In this document: positions 1 to 7,889 of the stretch, piece after piece | Numbering within the stretch: the first letter of the stretch is position 1 | Layout of the letters: every line of letters starts with the position of its first letter | Source: a virus | Lineage: Duplodnaviria; Heunggongvirae; Uroviricota; Caudoviricetes | DNA: 33,242 bases | IMG/VR virus record: IMGVR_UViG_2703718832_000007 | Span: 1-33,242 of that record | Strand: one strand, 5' to 3' | Program-made: the position numbers and the translations under genes | The notes under the pieces: generated by a model | What the model saw: the letters and a program-made list of their open reading frames with translations, nothing else | Told to the model about the DNA's origin: nothing | Database searches by the model: none

Positions 1-1158
1 ATGCTCACCGTTAAGCAGATTGAAGCAGCAAAGCCGAAAGAAAAACCATACCGCCTTCTCGATGGTAATGGCCTGTACCTTTATGTCCCTGTGTCAGGGA
101 AAAAGGTATGGCAGCTTCGCTACAAGATTGACGGTAAGGAAAAAATACTGACCGTCGGAAAATATCCGCTTATGACTTTGCAGGAGGCAAGAGATAAAGC
201 ATGGACCGCGAGGAAAGACATCTCGGTTGGCATCGATCCGGTAAAGGCGAAAAAGGCTTCGTCTAACAACAATTCCTTTAGTGCGATTTACAAGGAATGG
301 TACGAGCACAAGAAGCAAGTCTGGTCAGTAGGCTATGCAACTGAACTTGCCAAAATGTTTGATGACGACATTTTACCCATCATCGGCGGCCTTGAGATTC
401 AGGATATTGAGCCGATGCAACTGCTGGAAGTAATCCGCAGATTTGAAGATCGCGGCGCAATGGAGCGAGCCAACAAAGCACGCAGAAGATGCGGCGAGGT
501 TTTCCGTTACGCTATTGTCACTGGTAGGGCTAAATATAACCCGGCACCTGACCTTGCTGACGCCATGAAGGGATACCGCAAGAAGAACTTCCCGTTTCTT
601 CCTGCAGACCAGATCCCGGCATTCAACAAAGCACTGGCAACATTTTCAGGAAGTATCGTATCGCTCATTGCGACCAAAGTTTTACGCTACACAGCCCTAA
701 GAACGAAAGAGCTTCGTTCCATGCAATGGAAGAACGTCGATTTTGAAAACAGGATTATCACCATCGACGCCAGTGTGATGAAGGGACGCAAAATTCATGT
801 GGTCCCGATGTCGGACCAGGTGGTTGAACTTCTCACTACGCTAAGCTCAATCACCAAACCAGTATCAGAGTTTGTTTTTGCCGGGCGCAATGATAAGAAA
901 AAGCCAATCTGCGAGAACGCGGTATTGCTTGTGATCAAACAAATCGGCTATGAAGGTCTGGAAAGCGGTCACGGATTCAGGCATGAATTCAGCACGATTA
1001 TGAACGAGCACGAATGGCCTGCTGATGCTATTGAAGTGCAACTGGCACATGCCAACGGCGGATCTGTGCGCGGGATTTACAACCATGCTCAGTATCTCGA
1101 TAAGCGCAGAGAAATGATGCAGTGGTGGGCGGACTGGATTGATGAAAAGGTGGAGTGA
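1..1158 (+). CDS. int: Tyrosine recombinase / phage integrase, P4-type (N-terminal DUF4102-like arm-binding region plus C-terminal catalytic domain)
   Basis: 385-aa ORF with ATG start; N-terminus MLTVKQIEAAKPKEKPYRLLDGNGLYL is the typical P4-family integrase opening; C-terminal HGFRHEF...YLDKRREMMQWWADW resembles the catalytic region of tyrosine recombinases. Confidence 0.9.
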   Translation: MLTVKQIEAAKPKEKPYRLLDGNGLYLYVPVSGKKVWQLRYKIDGKEKILTVGKYPLMTLQEARDKAWTARKDISVGIDPVKAKKASSNNNSFSAIYKEWYEHKKQVWSVGYATELAKMFDDDILPIIGGLEIQDIEPMQLLEVIRRFEDRGAMERANKARRRCGEVFRYAIVTGRAKYNPAPDLADAMKGYRKKNFPFLPADQIPAFNKALATFSGSIVSLIATKVLRYTALRTKELRSMQWKNVDFENRIITIDASVMKGRKIHVVPMSDQVVELLTTLSSITKPVSEFVFAGRNDKKKPICENAVLLVIKQIGYEGLESGHGFRHEFSTIMNEHEWPADAIEVQLAHANGGSVRGIYNHAQYLDKRREMMQWWADWIDEKVE

Positions 1159-1231
1159 TCCGCCTTAACAACTATCGAATATCACAAAGCCTTGCAATCC
1201 AGTACAAAGCTTTGTGTGTCTCATTTCTGTC

Positions 1232-1621
1232 TCACATCACCGGGCAATCATCAAACTCACCAGAACGCGCATCGTTGATGATGTACGTGATCACACCGAA
1301 CAGATGCGACTCATCATCAAACAGGCTGGTAGGCTTTGTTATCTCCTCTGCCGCTCCAGTCTCCAGATTGATCAGATGTGGTTTAGGGTGGCGCTTGTAC
1401 CGCTTCACCCTGAACTCATTGTCAACTGAACAAACAAGTAACGAGCCATCAAACGGTGTCAGTGAACTGTCAACGACGAGCAAAGCGCCGTACATGATGC
1501 CTTCTCGCCAGTAAGTTTGCCCTGCCCGCATGAAGTACGTTGCCGATGGTTTGCTAATTAGCGTCTCGTCGAGCGATATGCGTTGCTCAACGTAGTCTGC
1601 TGCTGGCGATGGGAATCCCAT
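1232..1621 (-). CDS. UmuD'-like protein (LexA/S24 peptidase fold), lacking the N-terminal pro-segment, catalytic Ser position occupied by Thr
   Basis: 129-aa ORF; MGFPSPAADYVEQRISL...PSATYF aligns with E. coli UmuD from the Cys24-Gly25 cleavage site onward (UmuD CGFPSPAADYVEQRIDL...PSATYF); UmuD GDSM corresponds to GQTY here; Lys of the dyad is retained (EFRVKRY vs EFTVKKL); GAGGTG RBS 5 nt upstream of ATG. Confidence 0.7.
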   Translation of the reverse strand: MGFPSPAADYVEQRISLDETLISKPSATYFMRAGQTYWREGIMYGALLVVDSSLTPFDGSLLVCSVDNEFRVKRYKRHPKPHLINLETGAAEEITKPTSLFDDESHLFGVITYIINDARSGEFDDCPVM

Positions 1622-1638
1622 GATGCACCTCAGACAGT

Positions 1639-1658
1639 TGCTGTGTATACATACAGTA
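1639..1658. promoter_or_regulatory. LexA (SOS) box upstream of the UmuD'-like gene
   Basis: TGCTGTGTATACATACAGTA fits the CTGT-N8-ACAG LexA consensus (TACTGTATATATATACAGTA) at about 17 of 20 positions and lies 18 bp upstream of the minus-strand ATG at 1621. Confidence 0.7.
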
Positions 1659-1862
1659 TTATTGATCGGTGCAGCTGATCAACATGCAAGCGGAAATAAA
1701 TTACGCATTTCTTCTGGTACGCGCTGCTTCTAGCTTGTATGCGACTGATTGCATTTGGTAAACATGCCAATAGCAAATCACATAAGCTGGTTTGCTTTGG
1801 TGACATATCAGCGCTCAGGTGCTAGATTTCCCTCAACATTTACTCATTATCCTGAATTCATT

Positions 1863-2873
1863 ATGGATGTTTCAAAAAAACCGCAACGCGTTTACTGGGT
1901 TGACTCGCTACGTTTCATAGCTATTTTCCTTGTCTACATTGGTCATCTTGGACCAAGTGCAGGCAGGATATACAGCTTTGTTTACCTGTTTCATGTACCG
2001 CTTTTCTTTTTTATATCCGGGATGTTCTACAAATCTGGAGGCGGCATCGCGGATAATGTGAAGTCATCATTTAAAAAATTGATGATTCCTTATTTTGTGT
2101 ACTCACTTGCATCACTTATCGTCTACACGCTTTTCCTTCAGAAAGACATAGTGAGCGTGCAGCAGTACGTAATTCAGTTACTGGAAGCAAAGAGAAACTT
2201 TACTGAGTATGCAGTCCAAATGTGGTTTTTGCCGTGCATGTTCCTGATAATGATTTTTTTCCACGCCATGAAATCACTCATAAAAAGTGACATCATTGTA
2301 TTTGCTTTATGTATTGTAATGATGTCTTTGAGTGTTTATGTTCCTGACGTTCCGTCTTCAGTCGTGCCAAAGTTGCCATACTCTTTAGATAGCGCTTTCT
2401 TTTATATATCGTGGTATGCCATAGGGTATTATTGCAGAGGATGGTTTATATCTTTCTTTAGCCGTGCTGGATCTGTTCAGGTTGTTATGCACGTGCTTGC
2501 AATGGCTTTTGCTGTCATGTGCTTCTTCGGCCTGCATCACGACCCTGAGAACTATATAACATTGATAGTCGGCGGTAAGACTTACGTAATACTGTGGATG
2601 ATTCCTACTTTCCTGCTTTTCATTTCATTGATACCAATAGCAAAAATTTTAAGCGAGTATCAGCCGGTTCTTTACATGGGTAGAAACACCCTGCTGCTGT
2701 GCTGTATTGAAAGCATAGCTAAGATATCATTCATATCATTAATAGGTATTAGTGGGCATAGCCTTAACATTGGGGATGAGTATTACTCCTTCGTGTACAT
2801 ATCGGTCCTCATGTTGCTTATTTATGTGGCTAAAACAAAGCTTGATGAGTGGAAAAACAAAACCCCGGTTTGA
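1863..2873 (+). CDS. oac: O-antigen acetyltransferase, acyltransferase-3 family integral membrane protein (serotype-conversion, Oac-like)
   Basis: Multi-pass hydrophobic protein; N-terminal YWVDSLRFIAIFLVYIGH matches the acyltransferase-3 signature; AT-rich gene. The ORF track starts at a TTG at 1749; the ATG at 1863 (MDVSKKPQRVYWVD, 336 aa) is the more plausible start and is close to the length I recall for Sf6 Oac. Confidence 0.8.
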   Translation: MDVSKKPQRVYWVDSLRFIAIFLVYIGHLGPSAGRIYSFVYLFHVPLFFFISGMFYKSGGGIADNVKSSFKKLMIPYFVYSLASLIVYTLFLQKDIVSVQQYVIQLLEAKRNFTEYAVQMWFLPCMFLIMIFFHAMKSLIKSDIIVFALCIVMMSLSVYVPDVPSSVVPKLPYSLDSAFFYISWYAIGYYCRGWFISFFSRAGSVQVVMHVLAMAFAVMCFFGLHHDPENYITLIVGGKTYVILWMIPTFLLFISLIPIAKILSEYQPVLYMGRNTLLLCCIESIAKISFISLIGISGHSLNIGDEYYSFVYISVLMLLIYVAKTKLDEWKNKTPV

Positions 2874-2879
2874 CCGGGG
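2853..2879 (-). terminator. Rho-independent terminator after the tailspike gene, overlapping the 3' end of oac
   Basis: Minus strand reads CCCCGG-TCAAA-CCGGGG followed by TTTTGTTTTT. Confidence 0.55.
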
Positions 2880-2891
2880 CTTGCCGCCAAG

Positions 2892-4895
2892 CTACTTATC
2901 TGATGGTATGAACATACCGGCGCTATTGTCATGCAGACCAACGTAGCCAATGTTTGTACCGGCAGAGCAATAAACATTTATCGTCATTCCAGTAATCTCT
3001 GATTTTTTCGGTAGATCTCCACTAAATATTTCATTCAATGATATTATTTTAACATCCCATTCATCACCAAAGTTTTGTTGAGGGATTTCTAAGAATGTAT
3101 TTCCTGAAGAGGTTGATATGACAATAACTGTCCTGTTATAACCATCATATTCAGTGGATGCAATATTTATCGTGTGCCCCCCTCTACCAACAAAAACCAA
3201 GCTGCAATGTACAATTCCATGTTCAAACCTTTGGTGTATGGAAGACTGTTGAAGGTTAGTTCCGGGATATGAATTTGTCACTGCATAGTAGTCACTACCA
3301 GCATACCCACCACTCTCTTTAACCACTGCACCAGTCCATCCATCAGGGGTAGAACCTGACCAAGAATTAAACTTTGGATTCCTGATAATTGAGTATGGTG
3401 AGTACATCAGACACTGGTTGAAGGTTAACTTACCAGACGCTCTCACACCACCAAGGTCATCTTCTTTATAATATTGTTGTGCAATATCAATTTCCCAAGA
3501 ACATGAAGCACCAGCTTGATTTATAAATCCTGTATCAGTATTCCACTGTTTCGCGTTACTAAGTTGTTTTACAAAATATTTCGCTCTATTATTAAAACCT
3601 GTAGCTAAACCATGTATTCTAAGAGCATAGGAAGAATTAAGTGTATCAAAGTAACCTTTTACTATGCATCCGCGCGTTAAACCTGATTCAAAGCAGACGA
3701 CTGCATCACCAGCACCAGTTCCTCCAGAAGAAATGGCGAAGTTGTTTTCAAAATATCCATCAATTTCTATTCTATCTGAATAACCGAAAACAGATATAGC
3801 CCTGCCTTTATTCCCTTCAAATATACCATTGATGTGCATATCAAACTGGTTATTTATCGCCATTCCATCCCCACCAGTACATGCTGTTATTTTATTTACG
3901 CCATGCATGTATAGAGTGGTCCCTCTAGCAAGATAACTATCAGACCCGTTCAGGTATACCCCGGAAGTACCCCTAGCTAAAAGACTGTCTGTGTTATACC
4001 ACTCTGCATAACCAACTCCGAAGCTAAAGAAGTTATATGTTTGCCCGTTACGCAATTCGACATTTCGAATTTTATTGCGATAGCTTAAACCTCCTAACGC
4101 TATTGCAGCTGCTGGTATTTCAGGATTTGTTGTTGACTCCCACCTTACTAAACCTTTTGTGTAAGCAGGACCATCAGGAAGCATACTTTCTAGGGAAAGG
4201 TTTTCCAGAACACAATCCCATCCCATTGTAATTAGATCAACATCATTATCGTAAAGCCGGAGCTTTGTGAAGTATTTTCCGGCTCCACTTATAGAGGTGC
4301 CATCACGAGGAGTCAATCCATCTGTGATTTTATATTCACCCTCAGGAACAAACACCTGATATGATGCTGCAAGAGCGTTTTTAAAAGCATTTGTGTCATC
4401 AGTAACCCCATCACCTTTAGCGCCAAAATCCTTAACGCTAATCCAGTCTGCGTTTTTGTCATGCTGCGTGCGGCCTACTGAGTTAGTGCGAGGCTGCTTA
4501 ACCCCAACCAGTGCATCACCCATACCGTCTGCGTAGCTAGCGAGCTCCTGCCTGAACTGATCAGGGTCATACTTCAGCACATTAGGAAAATAAAACTGCT
4601 GTGCACCATACGCATCATAAACAGACATAGAATGGCCTTGCACAGTAACGAACTTGGCAATCTGTCCGTTATATACCGGATATCCAGCAGCGTTAATGAT
4701 GATTGGTTGCGAAACAGGAACGTGAGAACCGTCTTCGTTCTCTACATAAACCTGAATCTGGTTTTCAGGATTTACCGGGTCAGTGTCAATTTTTCCGATA
4801 TAAATTTTGCCATTGGCAACCGCTTTAAAAGAACGCGCCATAGTGAAGAGTTGCGAAGGCATTGATACGATCACATTGGCTGTAATGTCTGTCAT
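2892..4895 (-). CDS. Tailspike protein: P22-type head-binding N-terminal domain fused to a right-handed beta-helix (pectate-lyase-like) receptor-binding/depolymerase domain
   Basis: 667 aa; first ~110 residues ([50 protein letters not shown]...[10 protein letters not shown]) match the P22 gp9 head-binding domain; downstream [16 protein letters not shown] motif and Gly/Asn-rich repeats are typical of beta-helix glycanases; the C-terminal domain is unlike P22 gp9. Confidence 0.9.
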   Translation of the reverse strand: MTDITANVIVSMPSQLFTMARSFKAVANGKIYIGKIDTDPVNPENQIQVYVENEDGSHVPVSQPIIINAAGYPVYNGQIAKFVTVQGHSMSVYDAYGAQQFYFPNVLKYDPDQFRQELASYADGMGDALVGVKQPRTNSVGRTQHDKNADWISVKDFGAKGDGVTDDTNAFKNALAASYQVFVPEGEYKITDGLTPRDGTSISGAGKYFTKLRLYDNDVDLITMGWDCVLENLSLESMLPDGPAYTKGLVRWESTTNPEIPAAAIALGGLSYRNKIRNVELRNGQTYNFFSFGVGYAEWYNTDSLLARGTSGVYLNGSDSYLARGTTLYMHGVNKITACTGGDGMAINNQFDMHINGIFEGNKGRAISVFGYSDRIEIDGYFENNFAISSGGTGAGDAVVCFESGLTRGCIVKGYFDTLNSSYALRIHGLATGFNNRAKYFVKQLSNAKQWNTDTGFINQAGASCSWEIDIAQQYYKEDDLGGVRASGKLTFNQCLMYSPYSIIRNPKFNSWSGSTPDGWTGAVVKESGGYAGSDYYAVTNSYPGTNLQQSSIHQRFEHGIVHCSLVFVGRGGHTINIASTEYDGYNRTVIVISTSSGNTFLEIPQQNFGDEWDVKIISLNEIFSGDLPKKSEITGMTINVYCSAGTNIGYVGLHDNSAGMFIPSDK

Positions 4896-4950
4896 TTAAT
4901 TTGCTCCAGATACAAGGAATCACCGAAGCATGGCTACGATGAATTTTGGG

Positions 4951-4977
4951 CATAAAAAAACCCAGCCGAAGCTGGGT
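4951..4977 (-). terminator. Rho-independent terminator downstream of ant
   Basis: Minus strand reads ACCCAGC-TTCG-GCTGGGT followed by TTTTTTTAT. Confidence 0.6.
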
Positions 4978-4995
4978 TGTCGCGTTGGTTATCTG

Positions 4996-5940
4996 TCAGT
5001 AGTTATGTACTGAAGGAGGTAATTCTTTATTCTTAAGTCTCATCCATGCGGAAAGATTCGCTGGTCCGTCTGGCTCATTGATATCAACATCTCGTGTGTG
5101 ATTGATTAAAACGTCTCTCGCCATTCCGATAACATACGAGAATTCATGACCGTAGTCGTAGCATCTGCCGGAATAGTTCGATTGAACTTGTTTTAATGCC
5201 GGATACAGTTCGCGGAATAATGCCTGTGAACGGTTAGCATAATCCCATAGCCATACAAGGCTGTTTGCTTCTTTTGCAGAAAGCTCGTTTGCTTTCTTCT
5301 CTTGTTTGCCGATAAACTCGCCTTCAAGCACTACCCTGTGGATGTACTCTACGGCCAGCGGGATTTGTTCAATTGAAAGTTCATCAATGCTGTCAATACC
5401 AAAACGCTGATGAACCATATTGTATGCATCGTCATAGCGAAGTCCTTTCTTTCCTACCAGCATGTTTACTGCATCGCGTAGCGGCGTTCTTTCCTCAACA
5501 GTGGTTTTCTTGCCTTTCACATACTCGCCATGTTTGCGAATTGAAGGTAGAACTTCTGCTGTTACCCACTTGCGGAATTTGTGCGGGACCGAACCTTTAT
5601 TGACAGCATCGCGGCAGCGCAGAACCAATGTATACATACCTGATTCGCTAACAATGCTTAGATTCTGCTCACCACCAAGGGTGTAACTTAAAGTTACTCC
5701 CTTTTCATCGTCATCAAGTGCAGTAAGCGCCTTGCGTGAGTTAGTCAGGGTTAAAGCATCACAAACATCTTTTGCTACAAACCACGGCTCACCGCATTTG
5801 TTGATGACGCGGATTTCACTGTCGCCGAATTTGAAGATGGTGAAATCGTTTTGTGCCTTTGCTATACTTTTCATGTCAATATTTCCTAATCCGATTTGTT
5901 GATACCGAAGCCCTGACTGTTCCCGCAGTTGGGGCTTCAC
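4996..5940 (-). CDS. ant: Antirepressor Ant (immI region)
   Basis: 314 aa; N-terminal region [32 protein letters not shown] is Bro-N/antirepressor-like; sits directly upstream of the tailspike as P22 ant does. Confidence 0.8.
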   Translation of the reverse strand: MKPQLREQSGLRYQQIGLGNIDMKSIAKAQNDFTIFKFGDSEIRVINKCGEPWFVAKDVCDALTLTNSRKALTALDDDEKGVTLSYTLGGEQNLSIVSESGMYTLVLRCRDAVNKGSVPHKFRKWVTAEVLPSIRKHGEYVKGKKTTVEERTPLRDAVNMLVGKKGLRYDDAYNMVHQRFGIDSIDELSIEQIPLAVEYIHRVVLEGEFIGKQEKKANELSAKEANSLVWLWDYANRSQALFRELYPALKQVQSNYSGRCYDYGHEFSYVIGMARDVLINHTRDVDINEPDGPANLSAWMRLKNKELPPSVHNY

Positions 5941-5971
5941 TGTTTTGATTTCTTTGCCGCATCCAAGCGAA

Positions 5972-6112
5972 TCACACCGTTATCCCCTCTCTCCTCAGGC
6001 TGTCCAGCACCCGTTTAATTACTTCTGCGCTGAATGAGCGACACTCTTCCTTTGCTTTTTCTTCAAGAATTTTTTCTAGCTTCTCTGGCATACGCAGTGT
6101 TTTTACCTTCAT
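5972..6112 (-). CDS. arc: Arc-like ribbon-helix-helix repressor (below the ORF-track size cutoff)
   Basis: Hand-translated 46-aa [49 protein letters not shown]; aligns with P22 Arc (FNLRWPREVLDLVRKVAEENGRSVNSEIYQRVMESFKKEG); lies between mnt and ant, oriented like ant. Confidence 0.75.
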   Translation of the reverse strand: MKVKTLRMPEKLEKILEEKAKEECRSFSAEVIKRVLDSLRREGITV

Positions 6113-6217
6113 TGCATCCTCCGTTGTATGTGGTACGCATACATAGTATTTAGGTACGCATTGATAGTCAATAGATACCTACATATCCTGTGGTAAAAAA
6201 TTATTCAGGATGCGCCG
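6113..6217. promoter_or_regulatory. immI divergent control region (Pant/Pmnt-like) with operator-like inverted repeat
   Basis: Intergenic region between divergent arc and mnt; contains TAGGTACGCATTGATAGTCAATAGATACCTA with inverted TAGGTA...TACCTA ends (P22 Omnt has TAGGTCC...GGACCTA ends) and a second GGTACGCAT copy. Confidence 0.5.
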
Positions 6218-6469
6218 ATGTCTGATCGTAAGTACAAAAACCCTCAAGTGAATCTGAGGCTTCCTGTAGAGATAAAGGAACGTCTTATTGAACTGGCTGA
6301 GGCTAATTCTCGTTCATTAAATGCTGAGATGGTCGCGGCACTTGAAGCGTGGACCGAAAAAAATAAACACATTCAAGCACTAGACCTTGCAACTATAGCA
6401 TCACGATTGATAGATCTTGAACGCGATGTTGAGACGCTAAAGACCATGTATGGTAAGGATGCAAAATGA
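6218..6469 (+). CDS. mnt: Mnt-like repressor (ribbon-helix-helix)
   Basis: 83 aa, the same length as P22 Mnt; VNLRLPVEIKERLIELAEANSRSLNAEMV aligns with P22 Mnt FNFRMPMEVREKLKFRAEANGRSMNSELL. Confidence 0.85.
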   Translation: MSDRKYKNPQVNLRLPVEIKERLIELAEANSRSLNAEMVAALEAWTEKNKHIQALDLATIASRLIDLERDVETLKTMYGKDAK

Positions 6470-6675
6470 ATAAAAAACAGTTTATTAAGTCAAAAACGTC
6501 AAGCAAGGAAGAGCTAGAGAAAGAGCTAAACTCCCTGAAATATGCTCTGTGTCTGGTTTACTCAAGACTGCCAATGGAAGATAAAAACGCCATTTACAAT
6601 GAAATGATTAGCAGCCTTGATTTTAACGATAGAGACCTAGCATCCCACCTCAACAGCTTCCGCGTCCCTGAGTAA
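6466..6675 (+). CDS. Hypothetical protein, start overlaps the mnt stop (ATGA)
   Basis: 69-aa ORF; the ATGA start/stop overlap suggests translational coupling with mnt; no recognisable domain. Confidence 0.4.
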   Translation: MNKKQFIKSKTSSKEELEKELNSLKYALCLVYSRLPMEDKNAIYNEMISSLDFNDRDLASHLNSFRVPE

Positions 6676-6835
6676 TTCTGTTGCGGATTTGCTTCTTGCG
6701 GTGGTTTAGGCTGGAGAGCTTGGCTTCTGCTTCTGATATTTGCGCATCTAGATCTTTAAGCTCAAGATCTGAAAGTCGCTGGTCAAGCAGGGTTTGGTTC
6801 AACTCAATATTGTTCAGACGTTCTTCTATAGTCAT
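6650..6835 (-). CDS. Hypothetical coiled-coil protein (may be spurious; convergent overlap with the 6466-6675 ORF)
   Basis: 61-aa ORF with a weak AAGG RBS; heptad-like Leu/Glu-rich sequence. Confidence 0.3.
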   Translation of the reverse strand: MTIEERLNNIELNQTLLDQRLSDLELKDLDAQISEAEAKLSSLNHRKKQIRNRITQGRGSC

Positions 6836-6860
6836 ATTGTTACCTTAGTGGGAGATTAGT

Positions 6861-7085
6861 ATGATTTCTGCTATTTTATCGGTGCTGCTAGCGTCATTAT
6901 TCATCGGAGTGGTGTTGATCTCCCCGATGCCAATAATATCAATATTATTCATCTTGATGATCGGCTGGTTGTGGCTTAAAAAGGCAAGAAACGATTATTT
7001 TTTATCCATAAGAGATAAGCAATTGGAGCTTTTCCGCTTGGGGTACACTGGCGACTTGCCATTCTTAACATACCAAAAAAAGTAA
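6861..7085 (+). CDS. Small membrane protein, two predicted transmembrane helices
   Basis: 74 aa; GGGAG RBS about 7 nt upstream; two hydrophobic stretches (ILSVLLASLFIGVVLI and IISILFILMIGWLWL); followed by a terminator. Confidence 0.5.
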   Translation: MISAILSVLLASLFIGVVLISPMPIISILFILMIGWLWLKKARNDYFLSIRDKQLELFRLGYTGDLPFLTYQKK

Positions 7086-7090
7086 TAATC

Positions 7091-7114
7091 AAGCCGGGTC
7101 ACTCCGGCTTTTTG
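7091..7114 (+). terminator. Rho-independent terminator ending the mnt-side operon
   Basis: AAGCCGG-GTCACT-CCGGCTT followed by TTTT. Confidence 0.6.
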
Positions 7115-7464
7115 ATATGTCGCTCGCAGAACTCAACAAGTCTGCTCATTAAGTAGCAGTAAGTCTCGTTGGATCTTCCTGGTTCAACATCAACACCGAC
7201 CCTTGAGCAGATATCGAATGCCATGTGAGCGCACTCATGGGCAATAGTAGATAGTTTGCCATTGAACACGCCTATCACATGCAAAACACCATTCTCGCTG
7301 CTCATTGTATGAGACGCTCCGTTGGCATCCGAGTCCTGCACGTCCACGCCAAGTTTTTGATGCAGGCGTTGCCATTCTGGAAAGTCTCTGCAAAACACAA
7401 TCGTACCGCTCTCAAAGAGCGGTACGAGCATCTTTGGTACGTTTCCAATGTTAACTTTTTTCAT
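7099..7464 (-). CDS. Hypothetical protein with an HExxH motif (possible small ImmA/IrrE-like metallopeptidase)
   Basis: 121-aa ORF with an AGGA RBS; contains IAHECAHMAFDI (H-E-x-x-H); its last codons are encoded by the terminator hairpin of the opposite strand. Confidence 0.45.
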   Translation of the reverse strand: MKKVNIGNVPKMLVPLFESGTIVFCRDFPEWQRLHQKLGVDVQDSDANGASHTMSSENGVLHVIGVFNGKLSTIAHECAHMAFDICSRVGVDVEPGRSNETYCYLMSRLVEFCERHIKKPE

Positions 7465-7494
7465 GGTATCCTGCTCAAAACTAAGGAGGTTGGT

Positions 7495-7794
7495 GTGAAG
7501 CGATGGGTTATAGGTGCATTCTGTTTTCTAATTAGTGGTCTTGCACAATCGCAAGATAAGGATCTGAAATTTGCTAACGACATGTTAGTTACAGCTAAAG
7601 TTGCTGGTATGTGTGGAACATTTAAACAAATGTTTGCTTTTCAAGAAGCAACCCAGATGCCAGGCGGAGATGAATTTATTGAACGTTTTTTGAATACGGA
7701 AATTTCTCGCCTAGGAATGTCACTTCAAGAGTTCATGAAGTTGTGCACAGATTCTATAGAGTCATACAATAAATTAAAAAGGATGTCAGAATAG
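7495..7794 (+). CDS. Small secreted/periplasmic protein with N-terminal signal peptide
   Basis: GTG start 6 nt after an AAGGAGG RBS (the longer track ORF from 7279 is in the same frame but has no RBS); N-terminus KRWVIGAFCFLISGLAQSQD is signal-peptide-like; 99 aa. Confidence 0.5.
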   Translation: MKRWVIGAFCFLISGLAQSQDKDLKFANDMLVTAKVAGMCGTFKQMFAFQEATQMPGGDEFIERFLNTEISRLGMSLQEFMKLCTDSIESYNKLKRMSE

Positions 7795-7820
7795 CCATCC
7801 ATGGCTATCTGGAGGTTAAT

Positions 7821-7889
7821 ATGGTAACAGTCGGTTGGATTATTGTTGCCCTGCTTGTTGCTCTGTGGGCAAAGAATCGTTACTACTGA
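7821..7889 (+). CDS. 22-aa hydrophobic peptide ORF ([22 protein letters not shown])
   Basis: Hand-found; GGAGG RBS 7 nt upstream of ATG; single predicted transmembrane segment; antisense overlap with the 3' end of the gp16-like gene. Confidence 0.35.
   Translation: MVTVGWIIVALLVALWAKNRYY

Noticed and set aside
1155-1514. 119-aa plus-strand ORF with GTG start (also 1214-1429)
   Set aside because: Antisense to the UmuD'-like gene, which has clear homology, an RBS and a LexA box; no features support the plus-strand frames.
1159-1750. Search for a tRNA gene or tRNA-derived att core next to the integrase
   Set aside because: No sequence resembling a tRNA T-arm or acceptor 3' end (for example GGTTCGAATCC) was seen by eye; att cannot be placed from this window alone.
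1749-1862. N-terminal extension of the oac ORF from a TTG at 1749
   Set aside because: TTG start without RBS; the family-typical N-terminus begins at the ATG at 1863 and gives a length close to known Oac.
7279-7494. Upstream part of the 171-aa track ORF
   Set aside because: This part overlaps the minus-strand 121-aa ORF and has no RBS; a GTG with a perfect AAGGAGG RBS at 7495 begins a signal peptide, so the shorter gene is preferred.
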